Shown piece after piece: positions 52,798-62,932 of a stretch of 64,000 bases of DNA. The notes beneath the pieces are model-generated. The model did not search any database, was not told the origin of the DNA, and saw only the letters and a list, made by a program, of their open reading frames with translations. Positions within the stretch are counted from its first letter, which is position 1. The number at the start of each line of letters is the position of its first letter. Origin of the DNA: Candidatus Bathyarchaeota archaeon (GTDB taxonomy: Archaea; Thermoproteota; Bathyarchaeia; Bathyarchaeales; Bathycorpusculaceae); NCBI GenBank assembly GCA_963767735.1, contig CAVYES010000006.1:192001-256000 (forward strand), in the 5' to 3' direction. The position numbers and the translations under genes are program-made.

Positions 52798-53094
52798 TTA
52801 TATGGTTATGTTAATTGTTTTTAGAATGTCACGGTAAGCCTTAAGAGGCGTTTCCTTGTCGCTGACATTTTTTATCAGCATTCGCCCACCATCAAATAAG
52901 CTAACGTCAAGCTTCATGTAATCAAACATCAAAACCATCGGAGATTTCACTCGGATTTTGCAGTGCTGCTTTTTGATTTTTTCGGATGCCTCGTTCATAT
53001 TGAACTTTAGAGGTTGCGCTGGAGTTATATCCGCAGTTGTACCTCCGCAGAGCCAAACAACATGCAGGTTGCCCACAACTTCTTTTTCAACCAT
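52798..53094 (-). CDS. Standalone protein resembling the C-terminal domain of MoeB/ThiF-type E1 enzymes
   Basis: WLCGGTTADITP...DVSLFDGGRMLIKNV pattern. Confidence 0.55.
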   Translation of the reverse strand: MVEKEVVGNLHVVWLCGGTTADITPAQPLKFNMNEASEKIKKQHCKIRVKSPMVLMFDYMKLDVSLFDGGRMLIKNVSDKETPLKAYRDILKTINITI

Positions 53095-53174
53095 TCAGCT
53101 TTTGCTCCAGCATTGCTATTTTAGGCGTATGTTTGCTTTATCAACATTGCCATAAAACGATTGAATGCGACGAC

Positions 53175-53924
53175 TTATTGGGTTGGGCTGCCTGCCTCTT
53201 TGGGTTTAAGAACCGCTTCTTCAATATCCATATACAAAAAGTTTCCCTCCCGATACGGTGACCCGCCGAAATCGACGACTCGGCTTTGCTTTGTGTACTT
53301 GACGATTTCGACGCGTTGCTTGAACAGCGGAGCATCAAGCGATGTGGAGTGGTACTCTCCGGGTTCCCCCGACACATCTATTCCCTTACCCGCTGGTCCA
53401 ACTAGCGGTTGCATGTCTTCGATGCATTTTCGGTCTATTTGCCTACCCAGCCACTCTTCGGTGAAGTATCTTTGGTCAATGCAGCTTAGAATCGCTTTAA
53501 CGCCGGTTGACTGCTCCATTTCCATGATGCGTTTGCGGTGTCGATTGCCTGGAATCAGGTTCAACGGGCGATCCCACAGCGGCATCATAAGTTCAACACC
53601 TAATTTTTTGCATGCATCCTTCCATACGCGCCTGTGATGCACGTTGTCAATGTCGCCTGTCACTATGGCGTTGGCGCCCTCTTCCTTATGCAGCCGCTCA
53701 AGAGTTCCCATGATGTCGTCATAGCGGTTATCGGTGATTTTCACAAACTGGTGAGGCATGCCAAGGGCTTTGGCTTGTTGCTCTATAACTTTGAAACTGT
53801 GAAAAACATAGGGCTCCATATAGATGTAGGTAACTAAACATGCTACCTCGTGACCCTGCTCTACCACTTTGTGAAGTGCCGTACAGCAATCTTTTCCCCC
53901 ACTCCAATGGACAATCACCTTCAT
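53175..53924 (-). CDS. DUF71/diphthamide-synthase-like PP-loop ATPase
   Basis: WSGGKDC, IVTGDI, MPLW, WLGR, GEPGEYHSTSLDAPLF. Confidence 0.85.
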   Translation of the reverse strand: MKVIVHWSGGKDCCTALHKVVEQGHEVACLVTYIYMEPYVFHSFKVIEQQAKALGMPHQFVKITDNRYDDIMGTLERLHKEEGANAIVTGDIDNVHHRRVWKDACKKLGVELMMPLWDRPLNLIPGNRHRKRIMEMEQSTGVKAILSCIDQRYFTEEWLGRQIDRKCIEDMQPLVGPAGKGIDVSGEPGEYHSTSLDAPLFKQRVEIVKYTKQSRVVDFGGSPYREGNFLYMDIEEAVLKPKEAGSPTQ

Positions 53925-54066
53925 TCCGACTCAACATCCATGGTGCACTTTGGAATCTTCGATGATGGATAAACACATGAACTTATAAGCGTTTACGGAA
54001 ACCCGCCATCACACTGCAATTAGCTCAAAGAATTTATCTATCTTAGTGCACGCTTAAATTTAGTGT

Positions 54067-55183
54067 TCAGCATTTTCCAAGAATTTGTTTTATTGTTTCA
54101 GTTAGTTTTTGGTTGTCTTTAGCTGACCTGACTGTGACTCTAAAGTAACTGTTGTCTAAGCCCATGAAGGTGCAGCAGTCTCGGATTAGAATGTGCTCTT
54201 TAGTCAGCAAATCTTTAAGTTTGGTGGACGTGATTTTTTGGTTTAGAATTTTTACAAGCACAAAGTTTGTCACTGACGGGTAAACGTGCAGGCATTCGAT
54301 TTCGTTTAGGTTCTTGGTAAGCTGAGTCCTTTCCTTGGCAATTGTTTGTTTAGTATTTTGTATGAATTCCGTGTCGTTAAACGCTGCAGACGTCGCTACG
54401 CCTGCTATACAATTAATGCTCCACGGCAGCTTAACTGTCTCAAGCTTCTTGATTAGCTTTGGTGCTGCAATGCCGTAGCCTAGTCGTATGCCAGCCATAC
54501 CGTAAAATTTTGTTACCGACCTGATCACAAAGAGGTTCTCATACTCCTTTACTATGCCTGCCAGCGTAGTGTCTTCCCCCTTATCGGCAAATTCGATGTA
54601 GTTCTCATCTACGCTAAAGATTATTTCTTTTTTGCGGCAGAAATCAACAAGATCTACCAAGTTTTCCTTGCTGTACAATGTTCCTGAGGGACTATGCGGG
54701 TTGCATATACACATTATTTTTGTGTTGCCTAGTTACCGCCTTCTTGATTTTGTCTGGCTCTAACGCAAAATTTTCTGGTAACTGAACAAACACTGGCTTA
54801 CCGTCGACCCTCAAAGCCGCTTTCTCGTACTCTGAGAATGAAGGTACAGGAATTACTGCGTTTAAGCCTCGGGGTAAAATTTCAGTAATCGCGTAGATTA
54901 GCTCAATTGAGCCGTTGCCTAAAACAATGTTTTCTTCTTCAACGCCGTGCCCCACGTACTTGGCAACTTCCTCTTTAAACTCTATCGGGTTTGGGTCAGG
55001 ATAGAACTTAATCAACTTGGCATATTGCTTAACAGCTTCAACGGCTTTAGGTGAAGGACCAAGAAAATTGATGGGTCCGCTGAACTCAAGCACCTCTTCA
55101 AGTGGAACGTTGTATTTTCTGCTAAAACCCCAAATGTCTCCGCCATGACTAACAAACCTGCGTTCCTTACATGTGTCCGACAG
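54067..55183 (-). CDS. cobD: L-threonine-O-3-phosphate decarboxylase (CobD/HisC family), frameshift near 54725
   Basis: HGGDIW, EFSGPINFLG, YPDP, GNGSIELI, CNPHSPSG, RSVTKFYGMAGIRLGY, IRDC..F.GL; cobamide gene context. Confidence 0.8.
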
Positions 55184-55721
55184 CTTTCCTTTCCTCCATT
55201 AACCTACCTGCTTCTTTTTCAACTTGCAACTGAGCTTTAAAGTGAGCGTTATACAGGTTAACAACCTTGTATAGCCAGTAAACTGACCCGATGCCCAGCG
55301 TAACAATTGTAATTAAAACATAAGTTTTTATCGGTATCGTCTGGGTCATAAACATCCGTTCTGGAAAAGCAGCCGCAAGAAACTTTTCCTGATTTCTCTC
55401 ATGCACCACTAAATCCCTAGACAATAAGTAAAGGATGACAAAAACCGGAATAACCAAAATGATGCTGACCGCCCAAGCCTTCGCATTCCTGTCTATAAAA
55501 TGTTCGCTCGTTGCCGGGGGCTCCTTTCCCTGGCTCCTCAGATAGGTGGCAACCTGATTTTCAAGTTTTGCTTCACGCTGAAAATGCTTATTTCTTCCCT
55601 CGATTAGTCGGTAGAACATGGGGAAAAACGCCAATCCAAAGGTAACGATCGCCGCCAGGAACCACATGGAAAACCAAATTTTCCTGTCGCTTCCAACTTT
55701 ACTCTGCATAGCGGTTTCCAT
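55167..55721 (-). CDS. DUF4234-like membrane protein
   Basis: Repeated L.IVT.G....YW/FY...N.HF motif; overlaps the cobD start. Confidence 0.65.
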   Translation of the reverse strand: METAMQSKVGSDRKIWFSMWFLAAIVTFGLAFFPMFYRLIEGRNKHFQREAKLENQVATYLRSQGKEPPATSEHFIDRNAKAWAVSIILVIPVFVILYLLSRDLVVHERNQEKFLAAAFPERMFMTQTIPIKTYVLITIVTLGIGSVYWLYKVVNLYNAHFKAQLQVEKEAGRLMEERKAVGHM

Positions 55722-55788
55722 GTAAATCCCGAACTGGCCCTTAAAGTGCTAACAAGGTTGGAGCACCCAAACTTTATAAGCTCTTCCA

Positions 55789-56505
55789 TTGGCATCTAAA
55801 AGTAAAATGAGCCGAAATGAAATGCTGCTTTCCATAATAATTCCCGTTTACAACGAGGAATTAACAATAGGTGACATAATCGAACGTGTAAAAAAGTCAG
55901 TGCAGCAAACAGGATTAAAAAGTGAAATTATAGTGGTGGATGACCGCTCTTATGATCGATCGCTTGAAGTTGCCAAAAAACATGGCATCAAAATCTATAC
56001 CCTAAAAGAACATTTGGGCAAGGGCTATGCTCTTCGTGCTGGTTTTGCCAAGGCAAAAGGCGACATTATAGTCACCATTGACTCAGATGGTTCACATCGA
56101 CCCGAAGAATTGCCAGAAGTCTTGGAGCCAATCCTGCAAGATCGAGCTGACCTAGTTATCGGTTCAAGGTATCAAAATCACAAGCATGTGGCTGCAAGGT
56201 GGCTGAACGCTTTCGGCGTGCGCCTATTCAATTATTTTATCCAGATGCTGACGGGCGTAGCCATTACTGATTCTCAATCAGGCTATCGTGCTATGAAACG
56301 CGAAGTCCTGAAAAGCCAGAAACCAAAGTCAGGAGGATACGAGATAGAGTCAGAGATGCTGGTCAAGACGGCGAAAAAAAAATTCCGAATCACTGAGGTT
56401 CCGATAAGTTTTGAGCAGCGAACCTACGGGAGGTCTGGAGTAGACCCGTTGGTTGATGGGTTCAAAATTATAATATCTATAGTTTCAGCTTACGTGAGGG
56501 GTTAA
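55789..56505 (+). CDS. GT2 glycosyltransferase, DPM-synthase-like
   Basis: IIPVYNEE, VDD.S.D, GKGYA, DSDGSH.P, DSQSGYRA. Confidence 0.9.
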   Translation: MASKSKMSRNEMLLSIIIPVYNEELTIGDIIERVKKSVQQTGLKSEIIVVDDRSYDRSLEVAKKHGIKIYTLKEHLGKGYALRAGFAKAKGDIIVTIDSDGSHRPEELPEVLEPILQDRADLVIGSRYQNHKHVAARWLNAFGVRLFNYFIQMLTGVAITDSQSGYRAMKREVLKSQKPKSGGYEIESEMLVKTAKKKFRITEVPISFEQRTYGRSGVDPLVDGFKIIISIVSAYVRG

Positions 56506-56509
56506 GCAA

Positions 56510-57514
56510 GTGGCTGGCAACGCGCTTCGTGAAGTTTCAATCATTGTTGCAGCCTACAATAATGAGCAAACAATTGAGGAGTGCCTAAAATCGATTCTGA
56601 CGCTAGATTATCCCTCGGGCTTCATTGAAGTTATCGTCATGGACGGAGGCTCAAAAGACGCTACGGTCAAAATAGCCCAAAATTTCCCAGTCAAAGTCGT
56701 TTCTATTCGTTTAAACGCTCCCGCAGCCTATAATTACGCCATGAAAATCGCTGCGCATTCGGTTCTGGGCTTCATAGATGCAGATGCTAAAGTCGAATCA
56801 GGATGGCTAAGAAAACTCGTACCTCACTTGGAAGAGCCTAAAGCGGCAGGAGTCAGCGGTAGCATAGAAACTTGGAATGCACAAAACCCGTGGGCAAAAA
56901 GCATCGGTTACGAACTTAAAAACCGATACAGCCGCATAGGAAAATACACAAGCCGCATAGCCACCATGAACCTGCTGTTGAAAAAAGAGGTTATCGAAGA
57001 GGCTGGCGGATGGGACGAAAACTTGCCAAGCCAATATGACACAGACTTAGGCTTCAGAATAAGCGCGAGGGGCTACAAAATCGCTTACGAACCAAACGCC
57101 GTCTGCTACCACTACAACAGACCTACGCTTCGGGCTTATTACAGGCAGCAGCTGCAGTACGGAAAAAACACTTTAAAACTATACTTTAAACACGGAAGCT
57201 TAGCCAAAGGCGATGAAATCACCGATTTTGGCATGAACATCCAGCCTGTGCTGCTGTTGGCAGTCATCGCCTTTTTCCTTGTCGGAATCATTCCAGCGCT
57301 CCGGCTGTTATGGCTCGGTTCAGGCTTAATCCTAGCGTTCATGCTCGTTTACTTCGTTTATTCCGCCGGCAAAATTGCCTTTAAGTTTCATGATAACGTG
57401 GCTTTTCGGTTAGTGGCGCTTTATTTTGTGAGAGCGTTCGCTTGGTTTGTCGGCGCAGTAACAACCACCATCAACTATGCTAGAGGCAAAGGGAGGAAAA
57501 CACTCGATGCGTAG
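56510..57514 (+). CDS. GT2 glycosyltransferase with C-terminal TM helices
   Basis: IVAAYNNE, DGGSKD, FIDAD, GGWDE, RQQ..YG. Confidence 0.88.
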   Translation: MAGNALREVSIIVAAYNNEQTIEECLKSILTLDYPSGFIEVIVMDGGSKDATVKIAQNFPVKVVSIRLNAPAAYNYAMKIAAHSVLGFIDADAKVESGWLRKLVPHLEEPKAAGVSGSIETWNAQNPWAKSIGYELKNRYSRIGKYTSRIATMNLLLKKEVIEEAGGWDENLPSQYDTDLGFRISARGYKIAYEPNAVCYHYNRPTLRAYYRQQLQYGKNTLKLYFKHGSLAKGDEITDFGMNIQPVLLLAVIAFFLVGIIPALRLLWLGSGLILAFMLVYFVYSAGKIAFKFHDNVAFRLVALYFVRAFAWFVGAVTTTINYARGKGRKTLDA

Positions 57515-58700
57515 CGTCTGCTTTGTTTCGCCTGAGTATTGGCCTCTTTCTGGTGGAACAGGCGCCTACGTTTACTATCTGTCAAACGAGCTTATGAAAA
57601 ACGGCTACAAAATCATCGTAGTCACAGGCTCTGACCAAACGTTAGACGTAGAAGTCAACGAGCAATTAAAGGTGTTTTTCCTAAAAATCCCCAAAGCACC
57701 CGTTATAAAATCGTTTATGCTTGCAGCCTCCAGCTACCGCAAACTAAACAGCGTCCGCGGAACCGTTAACGTGGATATCACGCATGCCAACTTGCCGTTA
57801 ACGCCGAACTTTGCAGTGCCGCCGAACTTTGGAAAAACACTCGTTTGCACCGTTCACTCAACATGGAAAGGCGAAGCACAAGCTATACGAGGCGAACCCT
57901 ACAGCAGGCTTAACGCCAACGAAAAGTTTATGGTAAGTTTCAACTGGTTTTTGCGGATTTTCGAAGAAAAAATGCTTGAGAACGTAAGAAAAATTATCGC
58001 TGTCAGCCACTTCACAAAACGCGAACTGCTTGACTACTACAAAGTGCCCGAAGAAAAAATCCGAGTCATCCACAACGGCGTCAACACAAGCAAGTTCCAG
58101 CCGGCAAAAGATAAGCGCAAAATCAAGGAAGAGCTCGGCTTTAACCCAAACGATTTAGCTATAGTGTCAGTGGGTAGGCTCTACGCACGCAAAGGTTTAT
58201 TCACGCTTATTGAAAGCATGCCCGCCATCATTAAGCGGTTCAAAAACGCCAAATTTATAATTTCAGGCAAAGGACAAAGCGACGAAATGCATAAACTCAT
58301 CGTCTATGCCGAAAAAATCGGCGTAAAAGACAACATAATCTTCACTGGTTACTATCCCGACAAGAAACTGCCCAAACTCTACCAAGCTGCAGACGTATTC
58401 GCTTTCTCCACATTCTATGAGCACCACCCCTTCGCTGTCCTCGAAGCTCTTTCAACAGGGTTGCCCGTGGTAACAACAAATGTTGGCGGAATTCCAGAAA
58501 CGATTGAAAATGGCAAAAACGGGTTCTTGGTTGAGCCGTTCAATCCAAAACAATTCGGCGACAAGATACTGTATTTGCTTGATCACCCATCTGAAGCGTC
58601 GGAAATGGGGGTTCTTGCCAGAAAAAGCATTTTAGAACGTTTTGATTGGCGCATCGTCGTTAAAGACGCCATGAAAGTTTATGATGAAGCGCTTGGCTAA
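57507..58700 (+). CDS. GT4 glycosyltransferase
   Basis: EYWP..GG, IHNGV, VGRL..RKG, EHHPFAVLEALSTGLPVV. Confidence 0.9.
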   Translation: MRSVCFVSPEYWPLSGGTGAYVYYLSNELMKNGYKIIVVTGSDQTLDVEVNEQLKVFFLKIPKAPVIKSFMLAASSYRKLNSVRGTVNVDITHANLPLTPNFAVPPNFGKTLVCTVHSTWKGEAQAIRGEPYSRLNANEKFMVSFNWFLRIFEEKMLENVRKIIAVSHFTKRELLDYYKVPEEKIRVIHNGVNTSKFQPAKDKRKIKEELGFNPNDLAIVSVGRLYARKGLFTLIESMPAIIKRFKNAKFIISGKGQSDEMHKLIVYAEKIGVKDNIIFTGYYPDKKLPKLYQAADVFAFSTFYEHHPFAVLEALSTGLPVVTTNVGGIPETIENGKNGFLVEPFNPKQFGDKILYLLDHPSEASEMGVLARKSILERFDWRIVVKDAMKVYDEALG

Positions 58701-59659
58701 GCGATTTGTACTGGTTCTCGCCTGTAAGCCACCGTTACTTTCTGGAAAAGCTTTACTACATCAAGAGAGCAAAACAGCAGCTTCGTTAAGTACTCATGCT
58801 GATAAATTGTCATCTGGGCTTTTACCGGCAAATCAATCCGCGGTGGCTCAAATTTGTGCTCAACCATGGCAATCGGCAAACCTTCAACACTAAGGTCCCC
58901 TTCTCGTAGACCCGTTTTGTCGGCGATGTACCCCAGATAGGTTTCCTTCCAGTTCAACATCATAACTTTGGCGGCAGTTACGTCAACGGCTAACGCGTCG
59001 CTGCCTGACAGCATTAACCCCATTTTGACTGGTTTGCCTTTAGTTGGACCATTGCCTTCGATGCCTATCCTTGCATCCATAATCGTTAATTGTGGCCTAA
59101 GCAGGTTGTATAATCGATAGAGCACTTCCGGTAAGTAAGGATGTAAATAGATGCGTTTGTTGCTGGGAACGCAGCCGAAGAGGTTTTTGATGGCGCCGCT
59201 GAAAGCCATAAACTCATGCGTTTTCATCAAAGGCAAATCCACCACAGCATCCGCATCCAACAAGGTTTTAGGTAGAAACAGCCGCTTCAATGGAGTGCTG
59301 CCTTGAAATTTTACTTCGACAACTTTATCTTCGGAGAGGTTGATGACGCTGCCACCTGCCGCTTTTACTGCGGCTTCGACGCCTGTTTTATCGAACGCTG
59401 TCCAGCAGGGATAGTTAAAGCCATTTGATTCGCCCACAATGACTTCGCTGTTTCCGTCGCGGAGCAAGCCGACGAGTTGCTGCATCAATTCAGGGCTCGT
59501 AACAACGCCCGGCAGGTATTCTGGGTGACTTAAGTTTGGCTTAATGAAAATTTTGCGTTTGCCATGTAACCCTGAATTATCGACGGCTTCCTTTACAATC
59601 TCGCTTACGTCATCTTTTGCACGGAAAATTTTAACTGTTTTCTGCTCTACGCGTGGCAT
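58697..59659 (-). CDS. DUF362-family protein
   Basis: IKPN, VVTSPE, LP.MKTH, GAIKNLFG, GIEGNGP, DALAVD. Confidence 0.85.
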   Translation of the reverse strand: MPRVEQKTVKIFRAKDDVSEIVKEAVDNSGLHGKRKIFIKPNLSHPEYLPGVVTSPELMQQLVGLLRDGNSEVIVGESNGFNYPCWTAFDKTGVEAAVKAAGGSVINLSEDKVVEVKFQGSTPLKRLFLPKTLLDADAVVDLPLMKTHEFMAFSGAIKNLFGCVPSNKRIYLHPYLPEVLYRLYNLLRPQLTIMDARIGIEGNGPTKGKPVKMGLMLSGSDALAVDVTAAKVMMLNWKETYLGYIADKTGLREGDLSVEGLPIAMVEHKFEPPRIDLPVKAQMTIYQHEYLTKLLFCSLDVVKLFQKVTVAYRREPVQIA

Positions 59660-59661
59660 AA

Positions 59662-61087
59662 CTATGCACCCTTCACTTGTTTTCCCATTATGCAGCCTGG
59701 GTCAGAATTGAGCATGTCACCGTTATGGTATGCAGCTGACCGTGCTCTGCACCCGCCGCAAATGTACTTGTAGTCGCATTTTCCGCAGGCTCCTTTTAGG
59801 TTGCCTCTGTTGCGTAAAGATTTAAAGAGTGGCGAGTTCAGCCAGATATCCTGAAACTTTTCCGTTTTCAGGTTTCCAACGTTTACCGGGAGAAAGACGC
59901 ATGGGTGAACATCGCCTTGAGGCGAGAGAGAACAGTATAATCTTCCTGCGCCGCAGCCGCCAATGAAATCCGCCAGCGGCACGGCTTTCTTGGTGACTTT
60001 GACGGTTTGCATGTGCGCCATAGACATAGTTACTTCGCCTGTGCCTTGCTGGTCCTTGACATTGCAAGCCAACGCGGGCTAGCTGGGGCGCCGTGGTGAG
60101 AATGGTTGTTTTGCAGCCCTTCGACATCCTTGCAAGCAGGTACCGCATGAGTTTTTCGCGTTCTTCAGGAGAGAGGTCTTGGTCGTAGTGTGCTTTGCCT
60201 CTGCCTGTTGGAATGAAGTTGAAGTAAGTGAACCGCTCCGCACCTACGTCTTCGGCTAAATCGATAATTGCCGGCATTTCTTCAAGGTTATTTTTAGTAG
60301 CCGTGGTAGCTATGCATACGCATAAATCAGCTTCAACACAGTTCTTCAACCCCGCAACTGCCCTATCAAAAGCGCCCGGTACACCTCGAAACTCGTCATG
60401 TGTTTTGGCGGATGCGCCGTCTATGCTGATGTCTAAATAGTTAACTTTGGCTTGCTTTAGCTTCTGCACAGTTTCCTTGGTAAGCAGGGTGCCGTTTGTA
60501 GCGACCGACACGTAGAGCCCGCGGTCGGCGGCATGCCTTGCAACTTCAAAGAAGTCTTTTCGGCTCAGTGGTTCACCGCCTGAAAAAGCCAGCGCTGTCA
60601 CTCCGGCATCGGCAAGCTGATCAACCACCGCCAAGGCTTCTTTGGTTGTTAATTCTTCCTCGTTGACTGCGCCACTGTTTGAGTAGCAGTGCTTGCAGCT
60701 CAAGTTACATTTATGCGTGAAATCCCAAACAATCAAGAAAGGCGCATAAAGCGAGATTGGCTTTTTAATTCCCATGTAAGCGAAGGACTTTGTCAAGTTG
60801 GTTATTGCTCTTCGCGCATATGGGTCAGCTAAGAGCTTTTCAACTTTTTCCCGCTTAATGTTTAGGCTTCTTCTTAGAAATTCAACCCAAAAACCAATAA
60901 CCTGCGAGTACAAAGCGCTGCATTTCTCACAGTTCTGCTCGGTTTTTCCAGAATAAGAGTCCAATGCTGCTTCAAGAACCGTTCTGCCGCAAGCAGGGCA
61001 TTTTTTTAGAGATAGCCGCAGCATTTTTTTTGTCATGGGCAGAGTTATCACTGCGTTCCAGAAGCTATCATGACTCAATAGACTCAT
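59662..61087 (-). CDS. Radical SAM/SPASM protein with N-terminal Cys motifs, GMGT-synthase (Gms)-like; frameshift near 60055
   Basis: CPACG..LE.ALD.Y...CEKC, APFLIVWDFTHKCNLSCKHCY, FNFIPTGRG, TTAPQLARV, ADFIGGCGAGR, CGKCDYKYICGGCRAR, DPGC. Confidence 0.85.
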
Positions 61088-61235
61088 CCGCGGTCGGACT
61101 CCTGAATCAGCAACAGTTGTAGAGTAGGTTACGTGGGGATGTTAAAGATTTCTCCGCAACGGCTTAAATCGAGGATTTTTAAAACTTATTCTGCCGAGAG
61201 TTTTATAAGTCAAAAAATCATATAGCCCGAAGGAT

Positions 61236-62304
61236 ATGCTTCCCACCTTCAAACAGGACTTACCGTTAATAACCATAGGGATAGTGGTTTTCAATAGGGA
61301 ATGGATATTGAAAAAATGCTTGCTTCAGTGCAAAGCCAAACTTATCCTCATGATAAACTCTTTGTGTTGGTGGTGGATGGGAAAAGCAAAGACAACACCG
61401 TAAAGATTGCCGAGCAAGTTTTAGCTAAATCCGATTTTAACGGTTGTCAAGTCATCGTTAAAGAATCAAATATTCCTGAGGCTAGAAACATCTGCATTCA
61501 AAACATGAGGGGCGATTTTCTTCTTTTTTGGGACAGCGACGTGATAATGGAATCAACAGCCGTCGCTCACTCACTTGAAACACTCAAAAAAGAAAACGCC
61601 GACATGGTCCAATCAACAATCACCCAGGTAACCGTTGACTCAGCGGATGAAATAGCTGAAAAATGGAGAGCGTGGGAAACAAAATATCCTCGACAAGAAA
61701 AAACCAGAATCGTTAACTTAACTGGAACCGGTAATCTTCTAATCTCAAAAAAAGTATTAACGCAGTTATCCTTTGACCCAGATTTAACTTTTTTTGAAGA
61801 CCAAGATTTCACGTCACGTGCAACAAAGCAAGGCTTCAAAGTATTGGAGACAAAAAACGTCATTGGTTTTGACGTTAATTCAAATAAGCCCTACAGTAGC
61901 ATCTACGCATTTGATATGCCCCTAAAAGAAGCGTTGCGGGGGATTCGCAAAAAGGAAAATTTCAAGCGCAAAACGTCACAGCCAACTCCTCTTCAATCAG
62001 CAAAGCAACGATAGAATTCTTTTTGGCAAACAAACGCTACATATTTTACGTTGGCTACATCCCAATCATAATCTTAACGTTTGTTGGAGTTTTGATTCAG
62101 AATTTGTGGTTGAGTCTGATTTTTCCAGTTTACTTTTTGCTCTACGTAGGTGTTCAGCTGGCGAGAAGAGGATTTGCCAAAGGGCTCAACGTTGCAGTTA
62201 GAAGCTTTATTGTCGGAATCCCCACAACTTGCAGCCTCCTCTACTACTGCATAAAGTTAAGCGTCAAAAATCAAAAAAAGCTTAGCAATAAACCCGCAGC
62301 TTAA
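61236..62304 (+). CDS. GT2 glycosyltransferase with C-terminal TMs; frameshifts near 61305 and 61960
   Basis: ITIGIVVFNRE, VDGKSKDNT, ARN, FWDSD, FDP....FED.DF. Confidence 0.8.
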
Positions 62305-62308
62305 CCAG

Positions 62309-62932
62309 TCACCTTTTCAGGTTTCTGTTCATTATTTTTTCTGCAATTTCCAAATCCTTAAGCGTGTTAATGTTTAGAAGAACTTCAACCTCTTCTGTGA
62401 TAAGGGCGCTTGTTTCAATTTTGCCGACGCCTTGAATTTTGGCGCCGTTAACAATGTTGACTCCCGAAACGGCATACCATTCGCCCATGTACTCGTCAGT
62501 AGAGTCAACGGAGAGTCCTAGAGCTTCACGGGCTGATACTGGGACGAAAACGGCGTAGAAGTCTTTACCGCAGGCTTCAAACTGTCTGATGATTCTGTCA
62601 AGAAATTTACCCGTGACAGCAGGAGAATCAGCTGGAATCGTCAAGACAGGACCCATCAAATCAGCCATAGCTGCCGCCTGCTTCAAATCATTATGATAGC
62701 CTTTGGCGTCTGTACGCAGCACATTCCACCCATTGCTTAGGCAGTGTTTCTCCGTTTCAGGCGTGTTTGCACTGGTCACAACGTAAAACTCTAAAACTTT
62801 CTCCGCGCTCGCAACCGCCTCAGCAACCCAATCAATCAGCGGTTTACCTAAAAAAAGCAAAAGTGGCTTCTCCACTGGCAAACCCATGCGTTTGCCTTTT
62901 CCGCCAGCCATAATCAAAGCGGGAACTTTCAT
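62309..62932 (-). CDS. cobY: Adenosylcobinamide-phosphate guanylyltransferase
   Basis: ALIMAGGKGKRMG..EKPL, SANTPET, GY..DL, NINT..DL; adjacent to cobS. Confidence 0.88.
   Translation of the reverse strand: MKVPALIMAGGKGKRMGLPVEKPLLLFLGKPLIDWVAEAVASAEKVLEFYVVTSANTPETEKHCLSNGWNVLRTDAKGYHNDLKQAAAMADLMGPVLTIPADSPAVTGKFLDRIIRQFEACGKDFYAVFVPVSAREALGLSVDSTDEYMGEWYAVSGVNIVNGAKIQGVGKIETSALITEEVEVLLNINTLKDLEIAEKIMNRNLKR

Noticed and set aside
59662-61087. Tetraether synthase (Tes) assignment from the N-terminal CPxC
   Set aside because: It has a C-terminal SPASM Cys pattern rather than the Tes architecture
6815-61863. Numerous 60-175 aa ORFs antisense or out of frame within long genes
   Set aside because: Shadow ORFs of well-supported CDSs
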